A DNA stretch of 64,000 nucleotides, taken from a virus. Positions 45,617 to 56,283 of the stretch are shown here, in pieces. Below the pieces are notes generated by a model. The model was not told the DNA's origin, made no database searches, and worked only from the letters and a program-made list of their open reading frames with translations. Where the stretch lies: positions 11,611 through 75,610 of the IMG/VR virus record IMGVR_UViG_3300025131_009354; one strand, given 5' to 3'. Position 1 is the stretch's first letter; each line of letters opens with the position of its first letter. Both the position numbers and the translations under genes were made by a program.

Positions 45617-46891
45617 TTGACAGAGAAAAAGAAGATAAAAATATTAACACTGAGCGACCACCCCTTGTTGCCTTCTGGTGTCGGCACTCAGACAAAATAT
45701 ATAATACAAGCATTATTGGATAGTGGAAAATTCTCTGTCCTTTCTCTAGGTGCAGCCGTAAAACATAAAGATTATACTCCTGTACGTGTCCAGGGCTATG
45801 AGGAAGATTGGCAAATCATTCCAGTTGATGGTTATGGTACACAAGAGCAAATTAGAGTACTCTTGGCACAATATGAACCAGATATACTTTATTTCATGAC
45901 CGACCCTAGATTCTATCATTGGCTATGGGGAATGGAACATGAAATCAGACATGCTGTTCCTATGATTTATTACCATGTATGGGATAATAGGCCTTATCCG
46001 GTTTACAACAAATCTTTCTATGATTCTAACGATATGATCGCCACTATTTCGAAGGTGACGAGTGATATTGTCCAGACAGTCTCCCCAGATGTTAAAGAGC
46101 AGTATATTCCTCATGCTGTTGACACAACTATTTTTCGCCCAGCCGAAACGCCGGAAGAAATTAAAAAGTGTGTAGAAATAAGAGATGCTGTCCCTCATAT
46201 GAATGAGGATAAGTTTATAGTATTTTGGAATAACCGAAACGCCCGCCGCAAACAGAGTGGCACGTTACTGTTCTGGTGGAAAACCTTCTTGGATAAAGTA
46301 GGGCATGATAAGGCTACCTTAATTATGCATACTGATATCCGAGATGAACATGGGCAGCCTTTGGACTATATCCTAGAACATTTGGGACTAAACAAAGGAC
46401 AGGTTGTATTTTCTGTTCAGAAGATGCCGGCTGAAGAATTGTGTAACTTCTACAGATGGGCAGATTGTACGGTAAACATTGCTGACGCAGAAGGGTTTGG
46501 ATTGGCAACTCTAGAGTCTCTTGCTTGTGCAACTCCAATCATCGTGTCAATGACTGGTGGCTTACAGGAGCAAGTAACAGACGGAGAAGAGTGGTTTGGC
46601 GTCGGACTTGAGCCAACTTCTAAGTCACTAATAGGTTCTCTAAACGTGCCATTTATTTATGAGGATAGGGTCAGCGAAGAGTCTTTTGTCAATGCTTTGG
46701 AAAAGATATACAACATGACGCCCGAAGATCGAACAGCCCTAGGACAAAAAGGTCGGGAACATGTAATGAAGAATTATAATTTCGAAAACTTCAAAGAAAC
46801 TTGGGTTAGAACAATGTTAGAACTCCATGAAAGTTGTGGATCTTGGGAGAATAGAAAAAATTATCAATCTTGGGAGTTAAACACAGTATGA
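45617..46891 (+). CDS. glycosyltransferase family 4
   Basis: SGVG, IPHAVD, NRNARRK, EGFGLATLESLAC, TGGL. Confidence 0.88.
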   Translation: MTEKKKIKILTLSDHPLLPSGVGTQTKYIIQALLDSGKFSVLSLGAAVKHKDYTPVRVQGYEEDWQIIPVDGYGTQEQIRVLLAQYEPDILYFMTDPRFYHWLWGMEHEIRHAVPMIYYHVWDNRPYPVYNKSFYDSNDMIATISKVTSDIVQTVSPDVKEQYIPHAVDTTIFRPAETPEEIKKCVEIRDAVPHMNEDKFIVFWNNRNARRKQSGTLLFWWKTFLDKVGHDKATLIMHTDIRDEHGQPLDYILEHLGLNKGQVVFSVQKMPAEELCNFYRWADCTVNIADAEGFGLATLESLACATPIIVSMTGGLQEQVTDGEEWFGVGLEPTSKSLIGSLNVPFIYEDRVSEESFVNALEKIYNMTPEDRTALGQKGREHVMKNYNFENFKETWVRTMLELHESCGSWENRKNYQSWELNTV

Positions 46892-48192
46892 GCAACAAGG
46901 TTAAAAAAGTATTATTAGTCGGCCCAATCCTGTCGAATAGTGGGTATGGTGAGCATGCCAGGTGTGTTTTGCGTTCTCTTATCAGGAACATAGAGAAGTT
47001 TGATATTTATATAGCACCAACATCCTGGGGCGCAACGTCTACAGACACCAGGGACACACCCGAAAACAAATTCATCATTAATTGCATCAAGAGGACACAA
47101 CAGTATAAGGAAGGTAAATATGACATTTCCCTCCAGGTTGCTCTTCCTAATGAGTGGAAGAAAATAGCTCCAATAAATATAGGCATCACAGCGGCGGTTG
47201 AAACAGATAGGTGTAACCCAGAATGGATCCGCAATTGTAATGAGATGGATAAGGTTATTACGATATCTGAGCATGCTAGTACATCCCTCACTAAGCACGC
47301 TTACCCACTACAGGATAAACAAGGGAACCATGTTGGAACCCTTAGTTGTGAGAATAATCCCAAGGTGATAGGGTACCCGGTCAAGGAATATATTCCTGAT
47401 GATTTCTCTAAAAATTTAAATATCTCAGAGAAATGTTTCTTATCTGTTGCTCAGTTCGCTCCACGAAAAAATGTTGAGGCTCTTATCCGATCTTTTGTGG
47501 AAGAATTTAAGGAAGAAGAAGTTGGACTAGTGTTAAAGGCAAATATGGTAACAGACTCAATTATTGACCGTCGAAACACCAGCCAACTAATTGGGCAAAT
47601 GCTTAAAGCGATAGACCCAAAGGATAAACGCAAATGTAAGATTCATCTATTACACGGACGCCTAACCGAGGACGAGCTTCATTCATTGTATAGCGATCCT
47701 AGAATATTCGGATATGTAACGACTACTCATGGAGAGGGTTTTGGACTCCCGGTATTTGAAGCAGTATATTCAGGGCTTCCGGTAATAGCACCAACTTGGT
47801 CTGGGTATTTGGATTTTTTAAAGGCCCCGGTAGTAAACGAGACATCCGGAAAGGTAAGGTCAAAAAACCTATTCCTTAAAACTCGTTTTGAGCTAAAGCC
47901 GGTAGATCCCCGTGCAATTATGCAAGGAATTATCATAGAAGGGTCACAATGGGCATATATCGATGAAAAGCATTTTAAGAAAAATATGAGATCGTTATTA
48001 GAATCTCCTACATCTTATAGAAATGATGCAAAGATATTACAAGAACACATAAGAAATAAGTTTTCGGAAGAAAAAATATACTCTAAATTCTTAAATGAGA
48101 TATTGGATTCCCTTGGCAGCCATCCCGATTTAGCTCCGAAACCGGGGTTAGACGAGGATGACTTTGCTTTATTTAAGACACAAAATCTCTGA
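46888..48192 (+). CDS. glycosyltransferase family 4
   Basis: SGYGEHAR, RKNV, GEGFGLPVFEA, WSGYLDF. Confidence 0.88.
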   Translation: MSNKVKKVLLVGPILSNSGYGEHARCVLRSLIRNIEKFDIYIAPTSWGATSTDTRDTPENKFIINCIKRTQQYKEGKYDISLQVALPNEWKKIAPINIGITAAVETDRCNPEWIRNCNEMDKVITISEHASTSLTKHAYPLQDKQGNHVGTLSCENNPKVIGYPVKEYIPDDFSKNLNISEKCFLSVAQFAPRKNVEALIRSFVEEFKEEEVGLVLKANMVTDSIIDRRNTSQLIGQMLKAIDPKDKRKCKIHLLHGRLTEDELHSLYSDPRIFGYVTTTHGEGFGLPVFEAVYSGLPVIAPTWSGYLDFLKAPVVNETSGKVRSKNLFLKTRFELKPVDPRAIMQGIIIEGSQWAYIDEKHFKKNMRSLLESPTSYRNDAKILQEHIRNKFSEEKIYSKFLNEILDSLGSHPDLAPKPGLDEDDFALFKTQNL

Positions 48193-49046
48193 TGAAGAAA
48201 AAATTAATCCTTCAACCCGGCAAAATGGGGGATATAGTTATCACCACTCCGATCGCACAATATTATGCGGATCAAGGATACGAGGTAGTGTGGCCCGTAT
48301 TTGATAACTATATAGATTATTTTAAACAGTTCCCAGACATCAAGACATTCTCCTTGGGGGTGTCGATGAATCCTTATGTTTATTACACAAATACACGCAT
48401 CGATGCAAATAACCCAGATGTGTTTATAATGGCGGGGGTTGAATTCTTTCGAAAGTTGGCGGCGTGGTTGACCAAGCAACCCGACCAAGAAGAATACGAG
48501 GTTTTAGATTTTTGTTTTACATTTCCAGGACATCGTAATGACATAAATAATCAAATGACCCAGATTTTCTCAAAAAGAAATAGAAACTGGATTGACTTAA
48601 AATATTTTCTCGCCAATGTTCCTCTGCAAGAGAGGTGGAATTATAGCTGGACCCGCGACTTAGAAAAAGAACAGAAGCTCTATAATTTTATCACTTCTTA
48701 CGCTAAAGAAAAGTATGGATCCGAAAAATATTCCATAGTACACCAGTATAAGAATGGAAAAAAACTCCCAGAAGTGGAAGTATCCAATCCAATCAATTTC
48801 TCTTATATTAAAGGTTACGAAATATATGACTGGACGATGGTGTTAGAAAATGCCCAAGCTATTATGTGTGTAGATTCGTGCTTGGCTAATTATGTGGAAG
48901 TTATACCATCTCTGAAAAAGGTAACTAAACATTACCTTGGAAGCGAAGAGCCTCACTTCCACCCCTACATGAGAAACATCTTAATTAACAACTGGATAAA
49001 CCACTCGGAGTCTGATGTGGCGTATAACGAATTTTCTCTGGACTAA
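48192..49046 (+). CDS. GT9-like (heptosyltransferase-type) glycosyltransferase
   Basis: GKMGDIVITTPIA N-terminus and CVDSCLAN motif. Confidence 0.55.
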   Translation: MKKKLILQPGKMGDIVITTPIAQYYADQGYEVVWPVFDNYIDYFKQFPDIKTFSLGVSMNPYVYYTNTRIDANNPDVFIMAGVEFFRKLAAWLTKQPDQEEYEVLDFCFTFPGHRNDINNQMTQIFSKRNRNWIDLKYFLANVPLQERWNYSWTRDLEKEQKLYNFITSYAKEKYGSEKYSIVHQYKNGKKLPEVEVSNPINFSYIKGYEIYDWTMVLENAQAIMCVDSCLANYVEVIPSLKKVTKHYLGSEEPHFHPYMRNILINNWINHSESDVAYNEFSLD

Positions 49047-49049
49047 GAA

Positions 49050-49448
49050 GTGTTAACAGGATTCACTAACGGATGTTTTGACATTATACATGTTGGCCAC
49101 CTAAGATTAATAAGTTCTCTTACTGAGAGAGTAGATCATCTAGTGGTTGGTATCGATAGTGATCGAATGGTGAGATCTTCCAAGGGTAATGACCGACCCT
49201 ATAATAACCAAGAGGATAGAAAATTTTTCCTTGAGAATATTAAAGGCGTGGCGGAAGTTTTTATCTTTGATTCTCACGACGAATTAAGATCCCGGTTAGA
49301 GAACTTAAACCCGGATCATATGGTGGTAGGGTCAGATTACAGACACAAAGAGGTGATCGGATCAGAACACGCAAAAACTTTATCTTTTTTTGAGGTTATA
49401 GATGGATATTCAAGCACTGAAATCTTACAATATACTTCTTCTGGGTGA
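49050..49448 (+). CDS. ADP-heptose synthase adenylyltransferase domain (HldE/RfaE domain II)
   Basis: FTNGCFDIIHVGH, GIDSD, KGNDRP, GSDY, GYSST. Confidence 0.85.
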   Translation: MLTGFTNGCFDIIHVGHLRLISSLTERVDHLVVGIDSDRMVRSSKGNDRPYNNQEDRKFFLENIKGVAEVFIFDSHDELRSRLENLNPDHMVVGSDYRHKEVIGSEHAKTLSFFEVIDGYSSTEILQYTSSG

Positions 49449-50196
49449 TAGTTGCACAGACATGTATCATTATGGGGTGTGTGAGCGTCTGAGTCAAGAA
49501 GCGCCAGTTCCCGTCTTTAAGTTGATTTCGACGGAACACAAACCCGGCATGGCATCAAATGTAGAAAAAAATATTCTGGCATTCAACAATAAGGTAACTC
49601 TAGTATCTAATGACCCTTCTTTAATAACAAAAGAGAGGTTCATCGATAATAAATTCAACCAGCAACTTTTGAGAATAGATAAAGGCGAGGGAGCTTCACT
49701 CCAGCCATTATCCAAAATCCCTAACAACATAGAAGACTATGACTGTGTAATTATCTCTGATTATAATAAGGGGTTTCTTAGGCACGAAGAGTGCTTAAAG
49801 ATATCTTCTCTGTGTGCGCGACATAAAATCCCTTTCTTTGTTGATAGTAAAAAGCAAGATTTATCATGTTTTGAGGGTGCTATTTTGAAGATAAATAAAA
49901 AAGAAGCTGAACAGGTGGTAAAATATCCTATAAACTATGATATAATTATTACATTGGGTGGCTCTGGTGCCCAATGGTTGGACAACTGTATACCTTCGAT
50001 CGCGACTGAAGTGTTTGATGTTTGCGGCGCAGGAGATACTTTTTTTGCATCTTTGGTAGAGGAATTTTTGAATACAAAAGATATGATAAAATCTATACAA
50101 TATGCCAACCGGTGCGCGTCCATAACTGTATCAAAAATTGGAGCCCACGCTCTGACTGCCGAAGAGGTCTGTGAAGTAAATGAAATTAAAGTCTAA
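49402..50196 (+). CDS. heptose-7-phosphate kinase, PfkB family (HldE/RfaE domain I)
   Basis: GDSCTD, RLSQEAPVP, ISDYNKG, DVCGAGDTF. Confidence 0.85.
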   Translation: MDIQALKSYNILLLGDSCTDMYHYGVCERLSQEAPVPVFKLISTEHKPGMASNVEKNILAFNNKVTLVSNDPSLITKERFIDNKFNQQLLRIDKGEGASLQPLSKIPNNIEDYDCVIISDYNKGFLRHEECLKISSLCARHKIPFFVDSKKQDLSCFEGAILKINKKEAEQVVKYPINYDIIITLGGSGAQWLDNCIPSIATEVFDVCGAGDTFFASLVEEFLNTKDMIKSIQYANRCASITVSKIGAHALTAEEVCEVNEIKV

Positions 50197-50950
50197 AATC
50201 GCATCTGCAAGTTCAATCGAGGAAAAGATCCTCTGCCTACAGGACTCCTATAAGGGGAGAGATTGTTATATCTTGACTTGCGGTCAATCATTGAACGAGT
50301 ATTCTAAAAAGGAACTTGATGATCTTTTGGCAGACGAATTAGTCCTCAGTGTGAAACAGGCATACAACCGGCACCCCGAGATTAGTGATTTTCACTTTTT
50401 TAATTGTTGTAATCTTCCTGTAGGAGAGGATAAATTCATACATTACGACTATAAAGATTCCGATACTATTTCTATAACTTCTAGTAATTATTCTCCCGCT
50501 CTTCGGTGGTCTCCGTATCAAGAACATGATATTTTCCTAAAAGTCCCGATCCGAACGGAGAAAAACAATGAGTTTATTTGCCGCACTAAGAACTTTGATA
50601 AGTTTCTCCTAAGCAACGGACACCAAAGACCATCAGGGCCAGGGATCATGCTAGAGACAGTCATATATACAGCAGTTCATCTTGGGGTAAAGAACATATA
50701 TGCCCTTGGTTGGGACTTGAGCGCCAAGAACATCACCAAGGTTGACGAATATAACCACTTTTTTGGTTCAACATTGGATTTGTTGAACCGGGGAGACATG
50801 TTAGATTGGGAGATAGGGGAAACAAGATCCGCATCAAAAGAGTTGTATTATTGGCTACAGTCCAAGGGAATATCTTTACATCTTGTTTCATCTCAAAGTT
50901 CTCTATATGAAAACATACCCCGTGTTAGATTAGAGGATATCCAACAATGA
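50180..50950 (+). CDS. DUF115/Maf-like putative nonulosonate transferase
   Basis: CYILTCGQSL and AVHLGVKNIYALGWD motifs. Confidence 0.6.
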   Translation: MKLKSKIASASSIEEKILCLQDSYKGRDCYILTCGQSLNEYSKKELDDLLADELVLSVKQAYNRHPEISDFHFFNCCNLPVGEDKFIHYDYKDSDTISITSSNYSPALRWSPYQEHDIFLKVPIRTEKNNEFICRTKNFDKFLLSNGHQRPSGPGIMLETVIYTAVHLGVKNIYALGWDLSAKNITKVDEYNHFFGSTLDLLNRGDMLDWEIGETRSASKELYYWLQSKGISLHLVSSQSSLYENIPRVRLEDIQQ

Positions 50951-51312
50951 AGAAGCCTGATACCTCATTAGTTAATTTTGTCCCAAAGGGGTGGGGATTC
51001 GAAAAATGGATCGCCAACTCAGAAGAATATTGTGGAAAGCTTCTATATTTCGTAAAAGGAAAACAATGCTCTTGGCACTATCACAAGCTTAAAGATGAGG
51101 TCTTTTATATACAATCTGGACGAGTTCTAGTAAAATATGGTGAGTCCGATGATATTAAAGAGTCCAACGAGCTTATTTTATCAAAGGGTGAGAGGTTCCA
51201 CGTAACACGAGGACTTCGCCATCGCATTATTGCTCTTGAGGATACTGAGTTATATGAATTTTCAACACAGCATTTTGATAGTGATAGCTATCGCCTAGCG
51301 AAAGGAGATTGA
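50947..51312 (+). CDS. cupin sugar isomerase (mannose-6-P isomerase-like)
   Basis: VPKGWG, CSWHYHKLKDEVFY, HRI, EFSTQHFDSDSYR. Confidence 0.75.
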   Translation: MKKPDTSLVNFVPKGWGFEKWIANSEEYCGKLLYFVKGKQCSWHYHKLKDEVFYIQSGRVLVKYGESDDIKESNELILSKGERFHVTRGLRHRIIALEDTELYEFSTQHFDSDSYRLAKGD

Positions 51313-51400
51313 TTATTAACTATACAATTCTCTGTGGCATAGTGTATACTGTTCCTGAGAGAAAATTATTTACCTCAATGTAACAATGTAAGGATGTACA

Positions 51401-52240
51401 ATGTCAGATACTAATGCTTTTATTATTGCAGAAGTGGGGATCAACCACAACGGAGATATAAAAATAGCAAAAAAGCTTATTGATATCGCCCATAGTTCCG
51501 GCTGTGACGCAGTAAAGTTTCAAAAAAGAACTATCAATACCGTTTATTCCGAGGATGTCCTTGACTGTCCCCGAGAGAGCCCCTGGGGAACCACCCAGAG
51601 ACAACAAAAAGAGGGATTAGAATTCGGGAAGGAAGAATATGACATAATTGATGAGCACTGTAGAGAATTGGGGATCAAGTGGACATCCTCTGCTTGGGAT
51701 ATTGAAAGCCTATATTTTATTAATAATTACAATGTCCCGTTTCATAAAGTCGCTTCTGCTATGTTAACTCATACAGAGTTTCTTAATGAAGTAGCTAAGT
51801 GCAGGAAACATACTTATATTTCCACAGGACTATCAACAATGGAACATGTCGATGCTGCGGTAGAAATATTTAAAAATAATGACTGCCCCTTTACTCTTCT
51901 GCATTGTGTGTCAACTTACCCGACAAAAGAAGAAGATAGTAATCTTTTGACTATAAAATCTTTAGAGGAAAAGTATGGCTGTGGTGTCGGATATAGTGGA
52001 CATGAATCTGGCGGACTACCTACCCTTGTGGCCGCGGCATTAGGAGCACCAGTTATTGAGAGGCACATAACCTTAGATAAGGAAATGTATGGATCGGATC
52101 AGTCAGCTTCTTTGAATCCAAAAGAATTAAAAGAGTTGGTTTCCACTATTAGACAAGTTCAGAAAATTCTCGGGAACGGAAAAAAATCTTTACTCGACGA
52201 TGAGATTCCAATTGCCAATAAATTAAGGTACTGGGAATAG
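51401..52240 (+). CDS. neuB: nonulosonic acid synthase (NeuB family, no SAF domain)
   Basis: IIAEVGINHNGD, AVKFQ, HCVSTYP, GYSGHE, IERHITLD, GSDQ. Confidence 0.92.
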   Translation: MSDTNAFIIAEVGINHNGDIKIAKKLIDIAHSSGCDAVKFQKRTINTVYSEDVLDCPRESPWGTTQRQQKEGLEFGKEEYDIIDEHCRELGIKWTSSAWDIESLYFINNYNVPFHKVASAMLTHTEFLNEVAKCRKHTYISTGLSTMEHVDAAVEIFKNNDCPFTLLHCVSTYPTKEEDSNLLTIKSLEEKYGCGVGYSGHESGGLPTLVAAALGAPVIERHITLDKEMYGSDQSASLNPKELKELVSTIRQVQKILGNGKKSLLDDEIPIANKLRYWE

Positions 52241-52248
52241 AAGAAAAG

Positions 52249-52938
52249 GTGAAAGTATTAATAACAGGTGCTACTGGGGGACTAGGGAGAGAGCTAGCAT
52301 CTCAGTATGCTATGGCAGGACATGATTTATGTTTGGTAGCAAGGGACAAGTATAAACTAAACGATATTAATTCTAAACTATCAAGCCAATGTAAAATATC
52401 GATTATGACGATCGCTGCCAACCTACAAGACCCAGAGGAATTAAATAAAGTAGTGTCTCAGGCTTCTTCCTGGGACGATGGTATAGATATCCTGATTAAC
52501 TGCGCAGCTTTATTTAATGTAGAATCGATTACAGAAGTAGGTATAGATGATTTTGACTCTTGTTTTAACTTAAATGTTCGAGCACCATATTTTTTGTCAA
52601 TATCTCTACAAAAAAAAGGTAATCTAAAGCAAATAATAAATATAGGATCATCTTCTGCTTACGCAGGGTTCAAAGATACCACCCTCTATTGTGCATCTAA
52701 GCATGCCCTCCTTGGACTTTCCAGATCATTATTTGAGGAATATAGAGACACTGGTACAAGAGTTTTCTTCATTGCTCCAGGGTCGATTCAGACACCCATG
52801 GGGGAAAAAGTACCCAATCAGGACTATTCTACATTTATCGATCCAAAAGAATTGGCCGAATACATTTATTCTACTACGAATAGAGACAGTAATATGATTA
52901 TTCAAGAAGTGCGAGTCAATCGATACAATGTCCAATGA
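52249..52938 (+). CDS. short-chain dehydrogenase/reductase
   Basis: TGATGGLG, YCASK. Confidence 0.88.
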   Translation: MKVLITGATGGLGRELASQYAMAGHDLCLVARDKYKLNDINSKLSSQCKISIMTIAANLQDPEELNKVVSQASSWDDGIDILINCAALFNVESITEVGIDDFDSCFNLNVRAPYFLSISLQKKGNLKQIINIGSSSAYAGFKDTTLYCASKHALLGLSRSLFEEYRDTGTRVFFIAPGSIQTPMGEKVPNQDYSTFIDPKELAEYIYSTTNRDSNMIIQEVRVNRYNVQ

Positions 52939-53704
52939 TTATATGCAACTAAGACTGTTAGATGGAAAAAGAGTTCTAGTTACTGGCGCAGCAGGCGGAT
53001 TAGGTTCGGTGATCTGTGAGTATTTAGCTAAATTTGGAGCTATTGTATTTCTGACTGATAGCGATAGAAGCAAGTTGCAGAAAACATACGAGTCTTTAAA
53101 AAAGAAAGAACACGATTGTTATATGAAATGCGCCGACCTGACAAATGATGAGCAGATTGGTGAATTAATAGAATCGCTATATATACACACTTCCCAACTT
53201 GACGGAATTGTAAATTGTGCTGGGGTGACATTCCCCCAGAATACAGAGGTATATTCAGATAACATGTGGGAGAAGACGTTAAAAATAAATTTAACTGCTC
53301 CCTATAAGATATGCAAAAATATTGTGCCCCTAATGAAAGACCATGGTGGGTCAATTATTAATATTACAAGCTTAAATTCTGAACTAGCTTTCCCCAACAA
53401 CCCTGCTTATGTTGCCAGCAAGGGAGGTTTGAAACAATTAACTAAATCTTTAGCCATTGATTTGGGGAAGTATAATATCCGGGCAAACAACATAGGGCCA
53501 GGTTACATGAAGACAGAGATGACAAAAAGAAGCTGGTCTAACGAGAAAATATATAATGAAAGAAAAAATAAGACGGCCTTGGGTCGGTGGGGAAAGCCCG
53601 AAGATATTGCTGGCACGGTAGTATTCCTTTGTTCTAACCTATCTGAATATATCACTGGACAAGATATTTATGTTGACGGCGGATGGCTGTCGAAAGGACT
53701 ATAG
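52928..53704 (+). CDS. short-chain dehydrogenase/reductase
   Basis: TGAAGGLG, YVASK, ITGQDIYVDGG. Confidence 0.9.
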   Translation: MSNDYMQLRLLDGKRVLVTGAAGGLGSVICEYLAKFGAIVFLTDSDRSKLQKTYESLKKKEHDCYMKCADLTNDEQIGELIESLYIHTSQLDGIVNCAGVTFPQNTEVYSDNMWEKTLKINLTAPYKICKNIVPLMKDHGGSIINITSLNSELAFPNNPAYVASKGGLKQLTKSLAIDLGKYNIRANNIGPGYMKTEMTKRSWSNEKIYNERKNKTALGRWGKPEDIAGTVVFLCSNLSEYITGQDIYVDGGWLSKGL

Positions 53705-53705
53705 A

Positions 53706-54413
53706 ATGAAGAAAGACTTAAATGATATCTGCTTAGTTATACAAGCCAGGCTTTCATCTGAGCGACTTCCAAAAAAAATGCTCTTGCCATTTTCTGATAC
53801 AAACATTATGGACATCGCCCTAGAAAAAATAACCCATATCAAAGCTATAGACTGGAAAAAGTCTTTTTATTTGTCGGCGTATGAGCCAGAATTGAAAAAT
53901 GTTGCAGAAAAGTACGGACTACAGGTTTTTCACAGAAGCAGAGAATCTGCGTTCTCAGAGGGAAATCCTATGGGAGAAATGTATGAATGGCATGATAAAC
54001 TAGGTTTTAAATATTGTATTCTTATTAATGCCTGCGCCCCATTTCTAAAGCCAGAGACAATTGATTCATTTATAAATTCATTTGCCAATAGCGAATCAGA
54101 GGGAATGTTTGGCGTAATGAAGAAGAAGAATTATTTTTGGAACAAGGGCGGAGAATTAGTAACTCCATGGCCTGCCGGGCAAGACTGTCTAAACACGAAA
54201 GAAGTAGAAGAGACCTTAGAAGCTGCCCATTGTTTATATGCCGGGAGACTAGATACTATTAAAGATGGGGTATGGATGGGAGACTTTAATAGTCCAGGTG
54301 ACATTGAACTTTTCCCAATGGAAGAATTTGAGTGCCTTGATATAGATTATCCTTGGGAATTTAAAATGTGTGAATCCATATATCTTTCAAATCAGAGGGA
54401 GAAACCAAAGTGA
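53706..54413 (+). CDS. neuA: CMP-nonulosonate synthetase (NeuA/KdsB-type cytidylyltransferase)
   Basis: IQARLSSERLPKK, PFL, LDIDYPWEF. Confidence 0.8.
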   Translation: MKKDLNDICLVIQARLSSERLPKKMLLPFSDTNIMDIALEKITHIKAIDWKKSFYLSAYEPELKNVAEKYGLQVFHRSRESAFSEGNPMGEMYEWHDKLGFKYCILINACAPFLKPETIDSFINSFANSESEGMFGVMKKKNYFWNKGGELVTPWPAGQDCLNTKEVEETLEAAHCLYAGRLDTIKDGVWMGDFNSPGDIELFPMEEFECLDIDYPWEFKMCESIYLSNQREKPK

Positions 54414-55243
54414 AAAAAACGTATATTATAGCAGAAATTGGGATTAATCATAACGGTGATTTAGACATAGCAAAAAAATTAATAGATATTGCTTCCGTAT
54501 CCGGCTGCGATGCAGTTAAGTTCCAGAAGAGAAACCCAGATGCCTGCGTCCCAGAGCACCAAAAAGGAGTAATGAAGTCTACTCCATGGGGCGAGATGAC
54601 ATATTTGGAATATAAATATAAAGTAGAATTTGAAAAAGAAGAGTATGACGAAATTGATCGGTATTGCAAGGAAAGAAATATTGAATGGTCAGCTTCTCCG
54701 TGGGATTTAGATAGTTTAAACTTTCTTATGCAATATGATATACCGTTTATAAAGATCCCCTCGGCAATGATTACTAACGAATCCCTAATGAAGGCTTCTG
54801 CAAAAACAGGGAAGAAGATAATTATTTCAACAGGGATGAGTACGGAAGAGGAGATCGACCAGGCCGTAGCCTGGACAAAGAACAACGATTTGGGTATTTT
54901 GCATTGCAATTCAACATATCCAGCCCCGTTAGAAGATCTTAATTTATCCTATATCAAGGAGCTTAAGAGAAAATATCCAGATCATGAAGTGGGATATAGC
55001 GGACATGAATTTCGATTAGGAACGACTGTTGCTTCAGTATACCTAGGGGCATCTATCGTGGAGAGGCATATTACCCTTGACCGCCAAATGTGGGGATCTG
55101 ATCACCTAGGATCGGTAGAGCCCCAAGGATTAATAAAGCTTGTTAACGGAATCCGAGAGCTTGAGTTGTCTTATGGTGATGGCATTAAAGAGATAACCCC
55201 AGGTGAGAAGGTAATTCGAAAAAAATTAAGAAATAACCAATGA
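54410..55243 (+). CDS. neuB: second nonulosonic acid synthase (NeuB family, no SAF domain)
   Basis: IIAEIGINHNGD, AVKFQKR, HCNSTYP, GYSGHE, ERHITLD. Confidence 0.92.
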   Translation: MKKTYIIAEIGINHNGDLDIAKKLIDIASVSGCDAVKFQKRNPDACVPEHQKGVMKSTPWGEMTYLEYKYKVEFEKEEYDEIDRYCKERNIEWSASPWDLDSLNFLMQYDIPFIKIPSAMITNESLMKASAKTGKKIIISTGMSTEEEIDQAVAWTKNNDLGILHCNSTYPAPLEDLNLSYIKELKRKYPDHEVGYSGHEFRLGTTVASVYLGASIVERHITLDRQMWGSDHLGSVEPQGLIKLVNGIRELELSYGDGIKEITPGEKVIRKKLRNNQ

Positions 55244-56283
55244 ATATTGATCTAAACACTGTCTGGAATAACTGTACATTAGTGTATAATCCCGCGAGCC
55301 CTGATAAAAGTTCGCCCGAAGAGTTATTGCTAAGGGGATCATACGCATGGGCTTCGTTTCTACAAAAAATTAGAATGAATAACGGCGTAATCTCTAATAA
55401 TGTTTGGTATGATGCGGTTAAAGATGTATGTTTTGGCGCAGATCTTACTTGGTTAAACGAGAACCCACATAAGTCTTCTTTTATATGCAGTAGAGAATCT
55501 TTTTTAGATTCGGACAGATATGGAAAAAACTGTTTCACAAGACCATCGGGAAGAGAGCCGGCTAATTTACCACCATCTCATTGGCTCTACCGTGATATCA
55601 TTACAGATATAAAGCGCCCTTCGGAAAACTCTGTATCCAGAGTGCTGGTTATTGGCGCTGGACCATCTACTAAGGAAAATATTGATAAAATCAATTTTGA
55701 AGAATACGACAAGATTATATCTTGTAACCATTTTTTTATCTCTGATATATTAGGGGAAAATAAAAACAAGGTTGATTATGCTATCTTGGGAAGAGAGGTG
55801 GATTTATCTAGAAACAATAAGGACTTGCATAATTTTTTAAAGAATAGTGATACAAAGATTGTGTTTGAGACAGTAAACGATGGCTCGATGGAAAGAGACA
55901 TTGCGACCCAGAGTGAATTTGTTAAAGAATATGCATCGCGAGTTAACTATGTTAATTTTAGGTATAGGAGTAAGCTCGGATCTGCCCCGCGCTTGGTTAT
56001 TTTGGCTTCGTACCTGCAACCGAGTTCAATTGATATTGTCGGGATGGATGGAAAATCAGAGAATACAAAATTAGGAGACCTTCATAATCACGCATTCCAG
56101 AAAAATAAAAGATATAATCAGGCTACTGCCGGGTATCATTTGTGCAAAAGACAGTATGTTGAATTTTGGGATTATGTCGCTAATGTTCTTTCTGCCGGCG
56201 GAAAGATAAAATTCAACAACCTAGGGGAGGGACACGAAATGAACCAATCATCTGAAATAACTAAAACAGGGATATTTAAATGA
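55240..56283 (+). CDS. DUF115/sialyltransferase-like protein
   Basis: VLVIGAGPS, SCNHF, IDIVGMDG. Confidence 0.55.
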   Translation: MNIDLNTVWNNCTLVYNPASPDKSSPEELLLRGSYAWASFLQKIRMNNGVISNNVWYDAVKDVCFGADLTWLNENPHKSSFICSRESFLDSDRYGKNCFTRPSGREPANLPPSHWLYRDIITDIKRPSENSVSRVLVIGAGPSTKENIDKINFEEYDKIISCNHFFISDILGENKNKVDYAILGREVDLSRNNKDLHNFLKNSDTKIVFETVNDGSMERDIATQSEFVKEYASRVNYVNFRYRSKLGSAPRLVILASYLQPSSIDIVGMDGKSENTKLGDLHNHAFQKNKRYNQATAGYHLCKRQYVEFWDYVANVLSAGGKIKFNNLGEGHEMNQSSEITKTGIFK